Shown: positions 38,974-47,977 of the stretch, in pieces
How positions within the stretch are numbered: the stretch's first letter is position 1
Layout: the number at the start of each line of letters is the position of its first letter
NCBI GenBank assembly: GCA_035533535.1
Contig: DATLTP010000199.1
Location: 1-62,345 of the forward strand
Direction: 5' to 3'
Origin: Bacillota bacterium
GTDB lineage: Bacteria > Bacillota > Sulfobacillia > RBS10-35 > JAJYVM01
DNA length: 62,345 nt
Translations under genes and position numbers: made by a program
Notes under the pieces: generated by a model
What the model was told of the DNA's origin: nothing
Databases searched by the model: none
Seen by the model: only the letters and a program-made list of their open reading frames with translations

Positions 38974-39027
38974 CGGGTCCGCCGCGCGGCCTGAGGCGGA
39001 TGGTGTAGTTGTAGGGGGTCCCGGGGA

Positions 39028-40278
39028 TTGGCAAAGCTGTCGATTCAGGGCGGACATCCGCTCCATGGCCAGGTGCGGGTCTCCGGCCGCAAGAACTCGG
39101 CGGTCGCCGTGATCCCGGCGGCGCTGCTGGCAGATGGTCCGACGTGGCTTGACAATATTCCGGCGATCGGAGATGTCGACGCCTACATCGCCATCCTGGG
39201 CGCCATGGGCGCGCGGGTGGAGCGGCAGGACGGCCGCGTGGAGATTGAGTGCAGGCGCCTGGATGTGCGGGCGGTCCCGTACGACCGCATGACGCAGATG
39301 CGCGCTTCCTACTACTTGCTCGGCGTCCTGCTCGGTAAGTACGGCGAGGCGGAGATCCCCATGCCGGGTGGCTGCGACATCGGCCAGCGGCCGATCGACC
39401 AGCACATCAAGGGCCTGCGGGCGCTCGGCGCCGAGGTGGACATCTCGCACGGCGTGGTGCGCGCCAGGGCCCAGCGGCTTCTGGGCGCCCGCATCTACCT
39501 CGACGTGACCAGCGTGGGCGCCACCATCAACCTGATGCTGGCGGCCTGTCGGGCCGAGGGAACGACGGTGATCGAGAACGCGGCCAAGGAGCCGCACGTG
39601 GTCGACCTGGCCACCCTGCTGAACGCCATGGGCGGGCATGTGGTGGGCGCCGGCACCGACGCGATCCGGATCCACGGCACCTCGGACCTGCACGGTGTGG
39701 AGCACGCCATCATCCCGGACGAGATCGAGGCGGCGACCCTGATGCTGGCCGCGGCCGGCAGCGGCGGCGACGTGACGGTGCAGGGCGTGATCCCGCGCCA
39801 CCTGGAGCCCATCGCCGCCAAGCTGCGGGAGGCCGGGGTGGCGGTGGAGGAGGATGGCGACGCCATCCGCTCCGCCGCCCGGGGCCGCCTGCGGGCGGTG
39901 AGCGTCAAGACGCTGCCCTACCCCGGCTTCCCGACCGATGCGCAGCAGCCGATGACGGCGCTGCTGGCCACCGCCGAGGGCAACAGCGTGGTGACCGAGA
40001 GCGTCTGGGACGGGCGCTTCAAGCACACCGAGGAGCTCAAGCGCATGGGCGCCCGCATCCGCGTCGAGGGGCGCACGGCCTTTATTGAGGGCGTGCCCCG
40101 GCTGACCGGCGCCCCCGTCACCGCGACCGACCTGCGCGCCGGCGCCGCCCTGATCGTGGCGGGCCTTGGCGCCGAGGGGACAACCGAGATCCACGGCTCC
40201 GAGCATATCGACCGCGGCTACGAGGCGATCGACGCCAAGCTGGCCGCTCTGGGCGCCGAGATCCGCCGCCTGCCGTGA
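39028..40278 (+). CDS. murA: UDP-N-acetylglucosamine 1-carboxyvinyltransferase
   Basis: ...LSIQGGHPLHGQVRVSGRKNSAVAVIPAALLA...PGGCDIGQRPIDQHIKGL...PGFPTDAQQPMTALL. Confidence 0.95.
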   Translation: MAKLSIQGGHPLHGQVRVSGRKNSAVAVIPAALLADGPTWLDNIPAIGDVDAYIAILGAMGARVERQDGRVEIECRRLDVRAVPYDRMTQMRASYYLLGVLLGKYGEAEIPMPGGCDIGQRPIDQHIKGLRALGAEVDISHGVVRARAQRLLGARIYLDVTSVGATINLMLAACRAEGTTVIENAAKEPHVVDLATLLNAMGGHVVGAGTDAIRIHGTSDLHGVEHAIIPDEIEAATLMLAAAGSGGDVTVQGVIPRHLEPIAAKLREAGVAVEEDGDAIRSAARGRLRAVSVKTLPYPGFPTDAQQPMTALLATAEGNSVVTESVWDGRFKHTEELKRMGARIRVEGRTAFIEGVPRLTGAPVTATDLRAGAALIVAGLGAEGTTEIHGSEHIDRGYEAIDAKLAALGAEIRRLP

Positions 40279-40315
40279 AGGCAGCCGGCCGACTGCAAAG
40301 TGGAGGGTGAGCCCC

Positions 40316-41602
40316 ATGATCGACGAGGATACCCCAAGCAACGACCCCGTCAACCCGGACGAAGCGCAGGAGCCGAGCGCCCCTGAGAACAGCGAGGGCA
40401 CCACGCCGCCCGAAGGGGCCTACCAGCCCGTCCCGTACGTGCCCGCCCCCCAGCCGCCCCAGCCCCCGCGGCGCCGTGGCGGCTGGCTCGGCACCCTCGC
40501 CGTGGCCCTGGTCGCCGCCATCGTCGGCGGCCTGGTCGTGGCCTACGCCGGGCCGACCCTCTCGCCCAGGCTCGCGAGCCAGGTCTCCCCGCCGACGATC
40601 ACGACGGCCCAGTCGTCCGTGCTCAACGACTCCCCGGCCATCAGCGTCGCCCAGAAGGTGACGCCGGCCGTGGTGCTGGTCCTCAACCAGAGCACCCAGC
40701 AGGGCTACTTCGGGACGCAGCAGCAGACCGCGTCGGGATCGGGCATCATCTTTGACTCGCAGGGCTACATCGTCACCAATGACCACGTGGTGTACGGCTC
40801 CAGCAAGCTGACGGTGGTGCTCTCCGACGGCACCGTGCTGCCCGCCACAGTCATCGGCCAGGACGCCCCGACCGACCTTGCCGTGATCAAGGTGAACGCG
40901 ACCAAGCCCCTGCCCACGGCCACCTTCGGCGACTCGAGCAAGGTCGTGCCCGGCCAGTTCGCCATCACGGTGGGCAACCCGCTTGGCACATCCCTGACCG
41001 ACTCCATCACGATGGGCGTCGTCAGCGGCATCCGCAACGAATCGTACGGCTTCGTGCCCAGCGGCCAGACCGTGGCCAACCAGCGCGTCACGCAGGTCAT
41101 CCAGACCGACGCCGCCATCAACCCAGGCAACAGCGGCGGGCCCCTGCTGAATTCGCTCGGCCAGGTGATCGGTATCACTTCGTATAAAACCGTGCAGGCC
41201 GAGCCGGGCGTGCCGGCCTCCGGCATCGGCTTCGCCATCCCCAGCAACACGGTGGAGCATGTGATCTCCGACCTGGTGAAGTACGGCCAGGTCCACCGCG
41301 GGTACATCGGCGTGACGCTGCAGAGCCCGCAGGCCCTGCTGCCGAACCAGGCCGTGCCCGTGACCATCGCCTCGGTGAGCGCGGGCGGCCCCGCCGCCAA
41401 GGCGGGCCTGCAGGTGGGCGACCAGATCGTCTCGGTGAACGGCGCCAAGGTCAGCAACACGGACGACGTGATCGCTGAGGTCAACAAATATGAGCCGGGA
41501 ACCACGATCACGCTCGGCATCGTGCGGGGCGGCAAGACCCTGGCGGTCAAGGTGACCCTGTCCGAGCAGGCGCCCACCACCACCCCGTCGCAGGGCGGAT
41601 AG
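40316..41602 (+). CDS. htrA: HtrA/DegP-family serine protease with PDZ domain and TM anchor
   Basis: ...GSGIIFDSQGYIVTNDHVV...DLAVIKV...TDAAINPGNSGGPLLNSLGQVIGI..., then a PDZ domain (...AAKAGLQVGDQIVSVNG). Confidence 0.92.
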   Translation: MIDEDTPSNDPVNPDEAQEPSAPENSEGTTPPEGAYQPVPYVPAPQPPQPPRRRGGWLGTLAVALVAAIVGGLVVAYAGPTLSPRLASQVSPPTITTAQSSVLNDSPAISVAQKVTPAVVLVLNQSTQQGYFGTQQQTASGSGIIFDSQGYIVTNDHVVYGSSKLTVVLSDGTVLPATVIGQDAPTDLAVIKVNATKPLPTATFGDSSKVVPGQFAITVGNPLGTSLTDSITMGVVSGIRNESYGFVPSGQTVANQRVTQVIQTDAAINPGNSGGPLLNSLGQVIGITSYKTVQAEPGVPASGIGFAIPSNTVEHVISDLVKYGQVHRGYIGVTLQSPQALLPNQAVPVTIASVSAGGPAAKAGLQVGDQIVSVNGAKVSNTDDVIAEVNKYEPGTTITLGIVRGGKTLAVKVTLSEQAPTTTPSQGG

Positions 41603-41674
41603 CCGGAGCCATGGATGGCGGCAGGTTTGCGTGATGCAATCAGGGCCGCGCGTATGCGCGGCCCCACCGATCCG

Positions 41675-43783
41675 TCATTCCAAGGGGACTTGGGCGATCG
41701 GCGGCACCCCCGCGGGTTGCAGTGGCGGCGGCGGCCAGTCCTCCGGCGGGTTCAGCTCATCCCCGGGGATGGCCACCGGCGCCGGCGGGGCCACGGCGCT
41801 CAGGATCGGGCTGGTGGCCGTCGGCGCCGTCCCCTTGAGGAAGACCTCGCTCACGGTGGGCGAGGTCGGGTTCGGCAGCAGCCCATCGTCGGCCGAGACC
41901 TGCATGGTCACGACATCCCGCGGCTGCGGCCAGTCGCTGATCTCCGCATTCTGCTCCGCGTCGGCCATGAAGTGCGCCCACACCGGCCCGGCCAGCTGGC
42001 TGCCGTAGCCGTCGCCCATGGGCTGCGGGGTGTCGTGGCCCACCCAGACCGCCGCCACCAGGCTCGGCGTGTACCCCACAAACCACGCGTCCTTCAGGTC
42101 GTTGGTCGTGCCTGTCTTGCCCGCCACCGGCCTGCCGTCCAGGACGGGCAGCAGGCCCTTGCCCGTGCCCTCCGTCATCACGCTCTCGAGCAGCGAGGTC
42201 ACGATGTAGGCCACGCCGGGGTCCAGCGCCTGCCGGGGCCGCGGCGGCGCCGGCATGGGAAGCGGCTGGCCGTCCGGCTGGATCACCGAGCGCACCGACC
42301 ACGGCGGAACAGCCTTGCCGAGGTTGGCCAGGGGCACATACGCGTCCGCCAGCTCGAGCGGCGTGACGGTGTAGGCGCCCAGCACCAGGGGCAGGGTCGG
42401 CTGCATGGGACTGGTGATGCCCATGCGCCGGGCGAAGCTGATCACATGCTGCGGGCCGATCAGGTCGGCCCACTTCACCGCGACCACGTTGTCCGAGAGC
42501 GCGACGGCCTCACGGACCGTCACCTCGCGGTTGAGGTAAGGCTGGCTGCCGTAGTCCGTCGGCCGGTAGACCTGCCCGTCCGCGCCGGGGTAGGCCACCG
42601 GCGCGTCCATCTGGCGGTCGACCACCGAGTAGCCGGAGCTGACGACGGCCGCGTACAGGAAGGCTTTGAACGTGGACCCGGGCTGGCGGTGGGCGTCCAC
42701 GGCCCGGTTGAACGTGTCGCCGCGGTCGCCGCGGCCACCGACCATGGCCCGGATGCCGCCGGTCTGGGGGTCGACGGCGACCAGGGCGCCCTCGGGCTGG
42801 ACCACACCTTGCGCGTCCGCCTTGCCGGGGGGCATGTAGCGGGCGAAGTCCTTCTCGGCGGCGTCCTGCATCTGCAGGTCGATGGTGGTGAAGATCTGGT
42901 ACCCGCCGCGCCGCAGGCTGGCGGCAAGGTCGGGGTGCGCGGCGGCGACCTGCCCCAGGATGTAGTTCACCAGGTAGCCGCGCTCGTCGGCCGCTTGGGT
43001 GGTCGGCTGGACCACGCCCAGGGGCTGGGCCGCGGCCTGCGTGGCCTGCGCCGCGGTGAGATCGCCCGCGGCCACCATGCTGTTCAGGACGTCAGCCCGC
43101 ACCTGGCGGGCCAGATCAGGGTGGCTGAACGGGCTGTATGCTTCCGGTGCCCGGATCAGCCCCGCCAGCAGGGCTGCCTCCGGCAGGTTGAGATCCTGCA
43201 CCGGTTTGCCAAAGTAATCTTCGGCCGCCGCCCCCACGCCGTAGGCGCCGTCGCCGAAGTAGATGGTGTTCAGGTACATCTGCAGGATCTGGGGCTTGGT
43301 GTAGACCGCTTCCAGCTTCAGCGTGTAGGCGACCTCCTCGCCCTTGCGCGTGAAGGTGCGGGCCGGGGTGAGAAAGAGCGTCTTGGCCAGCTGCTGGGCG
43401 ATGGTGCTGCCGCCCTGCACGATGCGGTGTGCCCGGATGTCGGCGATGGCCGCCCGCAGGATCGCGCGCGGATTGATGCCGAACTCCGTATAGAAGTCCC
43501 GGTCCTCGGCGTCGATGACCGCGCGCTGCAGGACCGGCGGCACCTGCTCCAGGGTGACGGGGACGCGGTTTTGCGGATAGAGGCTGGCCAGGACGCGGCC
43601 ACGGTCGTCGTAGAGCACGGTCGGGCGCGGCGCGGCCGGCGCGGGCAGCGGCAGGGCGGCGATCAGGGCCACGGCCGCACCAAGCAGCATGACGCCGATC
43701 CAGCCGAGCCGCCGCACCCACGCCCGGGGCGGACGCGCTGGTGTGCGGGCCCAGAACCAGTCCATCAGTCCAGTGCTGCCCAA
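41675..43783 (-). CDS. Class A penicillin-binding protein (glycosyltransferase plus transpeptidase)
   Basis: ...AVIDAEDRDFYTEFGINPRAILRA...QGGSTIAQQLAK...; ...RQPGSTFKAF...; ...AGKTGTTND. Confidence 0.93.
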   Translation of the reverse strand: MGSTGLMDWFWARTPARPPRAWVRRLGWIGVMLLGAAVALIAALPLPAPAAPRPTVLYDDRGRVLASLYPQNRVPVTLEQVPPVLQRAVIDAEDRDFYTEFGINPRAILRAAIADIRAHRIVQGGSTIAQQLAKTLFLTPARTFTRKGEEVAYTLKLEAVYTKPQILQMYLNTIYFGDGAYGVGAAAEDYFGKPVQDLNLPEAALLAGLIRAPEAYSPFSHPDLARQVRADVLNSMVAAGDLTAAQATQAAAQPLGVVQPTTQAADERGYLVNYILGQVAAAHPDLAASLRRGGYQIFTTIDLQMQDAAEKDFARYMPPGKADAQGVVQPEGALVAVDPQTGGIRAMVGGRGDRGDTFNRAVDAHRQPGSTFKAFLYAAVVSSGYSVVDRQMDAPVAYPGADGQVYRPTDYGSQPYLNREVTVREAVALSDNVVAVKWADLIGPQHVISFARRMGITSPMQPTLPLVLGAYTVTPLELADAYVPLANLGKAVPPWSVRSVIQPDGQPLPMPAPPRPRQALDPGVAYIVTSLLESVMTEGTGKGLLPVLDGRPVAGKTGTTNDLKDAWFVGYTPSLVAAVWVGHDTPQPMGDGYGSQLAGPVWAHFMADAEQNAEISDWPQPRDVVTMQVSADDGLLPNPTSPTVSEVFLKGTAPTATSPILSAVAPPAPVAIPGDELNPPEDWPPPPLQPAGVPPIAQVPLE

Positions 43784-45869
43784 TGCGGCGGCCGGCTATC
43801 CGGGGGAGGCGACCAGGTTGGCGGAGGTCTTTCGTGACCCGGAGGGGGTGCCGCACATCCGGGCGAGCACTGCGGCGGAGGCGTTCCGGACCCAGGGCTG
43901 GGTCCACGCGCGGGACCGCTTCGCCCTGATGGACGCCGACCGCCGCCGAGCGTATGGGCGCTGGGCTGAGGTGGCAGGCCCTGCGGGCCTGCCACAAGAT
44001 CGCCTGTATCGGCGGTTGGGGATCGCGGCCAGGGTGGAGGAGGAGTACCGCGACCTCCCGCCGGATGCCCGGGAAATGTTTGACGCCTACGCGGACGGCG
44101 TGAACGCCTTTCTGGGCGGCTCCGGCGAGCCGTGGCGGCCGTGGGACAGCATGGCCGTGTTCAAGGTCCGCCACGTGATGATGGGCGTCTGGCAGAGCAA
44201 GTTGTGGCGCGGCCGCGTCGCGGCCGCGCTGGGTCCGGCTGTGCTTGAGAAGCTGATGAGTCCGCTCCAGCCGGGGGAGCGCCTGATCCTGCCCCCCGGA
44301 GCGCAGGAGGCGCTCAAGTCCCCTGCTATGGGGGCGGACGTGAGCTACCTGCGTTCCGCCTACCCCGAGGGCGAGCACGATGGCAGCAACAATTGGGTTC
44401 TCGCGGGAGCGAGGACCCACTCCGGCAAGCCCCTGCTGGCCGGTGACCCTCATCGTGCGGTTGAGGTCCCGAACGTCTACTACCAGAACCACATCGCCTG
44501 CGACGAGTTCGACGCCATTGGGTTGTCGTTCGCCGGCGTGCCGGGCCTGCCGCACTTCGGGCACAACGCGCGGGTGGCCTGGTGCGTCACGCATACGGGT
44601 GCGGATACGCAGGACCTCTTCGTCGAGCGGGTGCGCGGCGACCAGTACGAGTTCCGGGGCGAGTGGAAACCACTTGCCATTTCCACGGAGACGATCCACG
44701 TCAAGGGCGCGCCCGATGAAGTCATCACCATTCAGCGCACGCACCACGGCCCGTTGGTCAACGGCATGGCCTTTGCTTACACGGCCAGCGCGGGCACGTA
44801 CACGGGCTGGCGCTGCCTCCGCCCGATGCTGCGTGCGGGGTCATGCGTGGAGATGGACGAGGTCATGCGCGACTGGGTCGACCCGGTGAACAATTTCCTG
44901 ACGGCCGATGTGGACGGGAACATCGCCTACAGGACGCGGGGGCAGGTGCCGGTGCGGAACCGGCTGAACGGCTGGGTGCCGGTGCCGGGCTGGACGGGGG
45001 AGCACGAGTGGCAGGGCCTGATCCCCTACGATGAGATGCCCCACGCCATGAACCCGTCGGAGGGCTGCATCGTCACGGCCAACAACCGCGTGGTCGGCGA
45101 CGAGTACCCGCACTTCATCGCGCTGACCTTTGCTTCCGAGGACCGCGCCAGACGGGTGGCGGAACGGATCACGGCGGAAACCGGCTGGACGGCGGCCGCC
45201 ATGACCGACGTCCATGCGGACGTCAGGTCGGTCGCTGCACGCGAGTTCTTGGGGCTGCTGCCCGCCATCCAGGCACGGAGCCCTGAGGGTGCGCGTGCCC
45301 TGGATGTCTTGCGGGCCTGGGACGGCGCGCTGAGGGCCGATGCTGTCGGCCCCACCATCTACAACGCCCTGCGCGACGAGCTGGCCCTGCTGGTGGCCGA
45401 GCCCCTCCTGGGGCCGCTGCTGAACGAGTGCCTCTCCGAGAACGTCGGAGCGCGCGCCGTCCTCACGCGGATCCGGCGGCATGCGCTCCGCCAGGCGAGC
45501 CTGGGGGTGACCGGCGGGCTGCTCCCGTCCGGCCGGAGTTGGCCCGAACTCCTGAGCGAGGCCCTGGAACGGGGCGTGGCGCGCCTGGCGCGCCACCAAA
45601 GCTGGGTCTGGCGCGACGTCCACCGGCTGCTGGACTTCGGCATGGCCGGAGACAGCGATACGGTGCAGGCCGCCAGCTTCGCCACGGGCGTCAGCTTCGC
45701 GGTCCTGGGCTCCTCCGTCGCCCGCTACGTCTTCGACCTCGACGACTGGGAACGCTCTGGATGGGCCGTGCCGCCCACCGATGCCTGGCGCGACCACCGC
45801 CTGCACCCGATGCGCTACGACTGGGGACGGGTCTGCTCGGCCAGCGGGGCGGCTATAATTGTCCGGTGA
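43689..45869 (+). CDS. Penicillin acylase (Ntn-hydrolase, S45) family protein; no obvious signal peptide
   Basis: ...GVPHIRAS...QGWVHARDRFALMD...; catalytic junction ...GSNNWVLAGARTHSGKPLLAGDPH. The start is uncertain; GTG at 43773 is an alternative. Confidence 0.85.
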   Translation: MTPIQPSRRTHARGGRAGVRAQNQSISPVLPNAAAGYPGEATRLAEVFRDPEGVPHIRASTAAEAFRTQGWVHARDRFALMDADRRRAYGRWAEVAGPAGLPQDRLYRRLGIAARVEEEYRDLPPDAREMFDAYADGVNAFLGGSGEPWRPWDSMAVFKVRHVMMGVWQSKLWRGRVAAALGPAVLEKLMSPLQPGERLILPPGAQEALKSPAMGADVSYLRSAYPEGEHDGSNNWVLAGARTHSGKPLLAGDPHRAVEVPNVYYQNHIACDEFDAIGLSFAGVPGLPHFGHNARVAWCVTHTGADTQDLFVERVRGDQYEFRGEWKPLAISTETIHVKGAPDEVITIQRTHHGPLVNGMAFAYTASAGTYTGWRCLRPMLRAGSCVEMDEVMRDWVDPVNNFLTADVDGNIAYRTRGQVPVRNRLNGWVPVPGWTGEHEWQGLIPYDEMPHAMNPSEGCIVTANNRVVGDEYPHFIALTFASEDRARRVAERITAETGWTAAAMTDVHADVRSVAAREFLGLLPAIQARSPEGARALDVLRAWDGALRADAVGPTIYNALRDELALLVAEPLLGPLLNECLSENVGARAVLTRIRRHALRQASLGVTGGLLPSGRSWPELLSEALERGVARLARHQSWVWRDVHRLLDFGMAGDSDTVQAASFATGVSFAVLGSSVARYVFDLDDWERSGWAVPPTDAWRDHRLHPMRYDWGRVCSASGAAIIVR

Positions 45870-45894
45870 CTCTTGAAGGGAGGCCCACTGCGCC

Positions 45895-46353
45895 ATGCTG
45901 CCCACGCCGAAGAGGGTCAAGCTCGCCGCCGGCAGCTCGGAGGGGACCACGCCGCTCAACGCCTTCGACGGCGCCCTGCTGGCCGCCGGGATCGGGAACC
46001 TGAACCTGCTCAAGGTCAGCAGCATCCTGCCCCCGGGGTGCGTGCTCGACCCGGAGTTCGCCATTCCGCCGGGGTCGCTGACGCCGACGGCGTTCGGCAC
46101 CCTGACCGCGGAGGAGCCTGGGACGCGGATCGCCGCCGCCATCGGCGTCGGCTTCTCCGCGGATGACTATGGCGTGATCATGGAGTTTGAGGGTCCGGTC
46201 TCCCGGGCCGAGGCCGAGGAGCGCGTCACCCTCATGGTGCGCGAGGGCTTCGCCATGCGGGGGAAGGCGCTGACCGACCTGCACGTGCTCGGCGTTGAGC
46301 ACACGGTGAAGCGCGTCGGGTCCGTGATCGCGGCCGCCGTGCTTTGGTACTGA
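45895..46353 (+). CDS. pdaD: Pyruvoyl-dependent arginine decarboxylase
   Basis: ...AGSSEGTTPLNAFDGALLAAGIGNLNLLKVSSILPPG... This is the PvlArgDC self-cleavage region. Confidence 0.85.
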   Translation: MLPTPKRVKLAAGSSEGTTPLNAFDGALLAAGIGNLNLLKVSSILPPGCVLDPEFAIPPGSLTPTAFGTLTAEEPGTRIAAAIGVGFSADDYGVIMEFEGPVSRAEAEERVTLMVREGFAMRGKALTDLHVLGVEHTVKRVGSVIAAAVLWY

Positions 46354-47165
46354 TGGACGAGATCTGGTTCACGGAGCAGCAGACCGATCACCTTCGGCTG
46401 GGCTTCCGTGTGGGCACGGTGCTGCACAGGGCCCGCAGCCGATTTCAGGACGTCGTGGTGGTCGAGACGCCGTCCCATGGCCGCCTGCTGGCCCTGGACG
46501 GCTTTGTGCAGACGACGGACATGGACGAGCACTGCTACCACGAGATGCTCATCCATGTGGCGGCCTGCAGCCACCCCAGGCCGGAGCGCGCCCTGATCAT
46601 CGGCGGCGGTGATGGGGGCGCGGCGCGAGAAGCGTTGCGCCACTGCGGTGCGGTGGACTTGTGCGAAATCGACGGCGAGGTCGTGGACGTCGCGAAGCGC
46701 TTCTTCCCTGCCCTTTCCGGCACCCTGGACAAGGTCAACGTCCATATCGCGGACGGCATCGAGTTCGTGGCCAAGCGGCACCAGGCCTACGACCTGATCT
46801 ACATCGACAGCAGCGAGCCGGTCGGGCCGGGGGAGGGGCTGTTCACCCCTGCGTTCTACCGGACCGTGGCCGCGGCGTTGCGTCCAGGCGGCATGGCGGT
46901 GGCCCAAAGCGAGTCGCCCTTTTACAACCTGGACGTGCTGCGCAGGGTCCGGACTGGGATGGCGGCTGGGTTCCCTCAGGTGGCCACGTACCTGGGGCCG
47001 GTGCCGACCTACCCGAGCGGAACGTGGTCGTATACGGTTGGCAGCTTGGGGCCGGATCCGAGCCTGGCGGCACGGCCGGCACCCGTTGGGTTGCGGTTCT
47101 ACACCCCGGCCGTGCATACGGCCGCTTTCGCCCTACCCGCCTTTCTTCAGGAGGCCCTGGCTTGA
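46353..47165 (+). CDS. speE: Spermidine synthase / aminopropyltransferase
   Basis: MDEIWFTEQQ...FQDVVVVET...LALDGFVQTTDMDEHCYHEMLIHV...LIIGGGDGGAAREAL...IYIDSSEPVGP. The ATG shares one nucleotide with the pdaD stop (TGATG). Confidence 0.92.
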   Translation: MDEIWFTEQQTDHLRLGFRVGTVLHRARSRFQDVVVVETPSHGRLLALDGFVQTTDMDEHCYHEMLIHVAACSHPRPERALIIGGGDGGAAREALRHCGAVDLCEIDGEVVDVAKRFFPALSGTLDKVNVHIADGIEFVAKRHQAYDLIYIDSSEPVGPGEGLFTPAFYRTVAAALRPGGMAVAQSESPFYNLDVLRRVRTGMAAGFPQVATYLGPVPTYPSGTWSYTVGSLGPDPSLAARPAPVGLRFYTPAVHTAAFALPAFLQEALA

Positions 47166-47977
47166 ACACGTTCCTGGGTAGCGGGGATCACGGCGACATC
47201 GTCCTCTTTGGCGTGCCGCTGGACCTGACCACCAGCTTCCGCCCGGGCACCCGCTTCGGGCCGGCTGCCATCCGCGCGGCTTCGGATGTCCTCGAGGACT
47301 GGAGCCTCGCCCTCGGTAAGGGATTGGCGGACGTCCCGTTCCGGGACGTCGGCGACATCGACCTGGCGCCGGGCGACCTGGAGGGCTCGCTGGCGGCCAT
47401 TGAAAAGGCGGCTCGCAAGATCGAAGGCCTGCCCATCGCCCTGGGCGGCGAGCATCTGATCACCTGGCCCCTGGTTCGGGTGGCGGCGAGCCGCCACCCG
47501 AACCTCCACATCCTCCAGATGGACGCGCACGCCGACCTGCGGGACGATTACCACGGCCTTCGCTACTCCCACGCCACGGTGATGCGTCGCTGCGCGGAGC
47601 TGCTGGGCCCCGAGCGGATTCACCAGTTTGGGATCCGTTCGGCCATTGAGGAAGAGGTCCGCTGGGCAGCAGCCCTCTTCCCCTTCGACGTGCTGAAGCC
47701 ACTGCACCAGGTGGGGGATGAGCTGGGGCAGGCGCCGGTGTATGTCAGTATCGACATCGACGTCGCCGACCCAGCGTTTGCGCCCGGAACTGGCACGCCG
47801 GAGCCGGGCGGGATCGACGCCCGCGAGTTGCTGGCCGCCGTGGCGGCCCTCCGTGGGCTGAACGTGGTTGCCGCCGACGTGGTCGAGGTCGCGCCAGCCT
47901 ACGATCCAGGCGGGATCACCGCCGCGCTGGCCGCCAAGGTTGTCCGGGAGCTCATCCTGACGGTGGGGGCGCGCTGA
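47162..47977 (+). CDS. speB: Agmatinase / ureohydrolase family
   Basis: ...FGVPLDLTTSFRPGTRFGPAAIR...LGGEHLITWP...LQMDAHADLRD...SIDIDVADPAFAPGTGTPEPGG. The TTG start overlaps the speE stop. Confidence 0.9.
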   Translation: MNTFLGSGDHGDIVLFGVPLDLTTSFRPGTRFGPAAIRAASDVLEDWSLALGKGLADVPFRDVGDIDLAPGDLEGSLAAIEKAARKIEGLPIALGGEHLITWPLVRVAASRHPNLHILQMDAHADLRDDYHGLRYSHATVMRRCAELLGPERIHQFGIRSAIEEEVRWAAALFPFDVLKPLHQVGDELGQAPVYVSIDIDVADPAFAPGTGTPEPGGIDARELLAAVAALRGLNVVAADVVEVAPAYDPGGITAALAAKVVRELILTVGAR

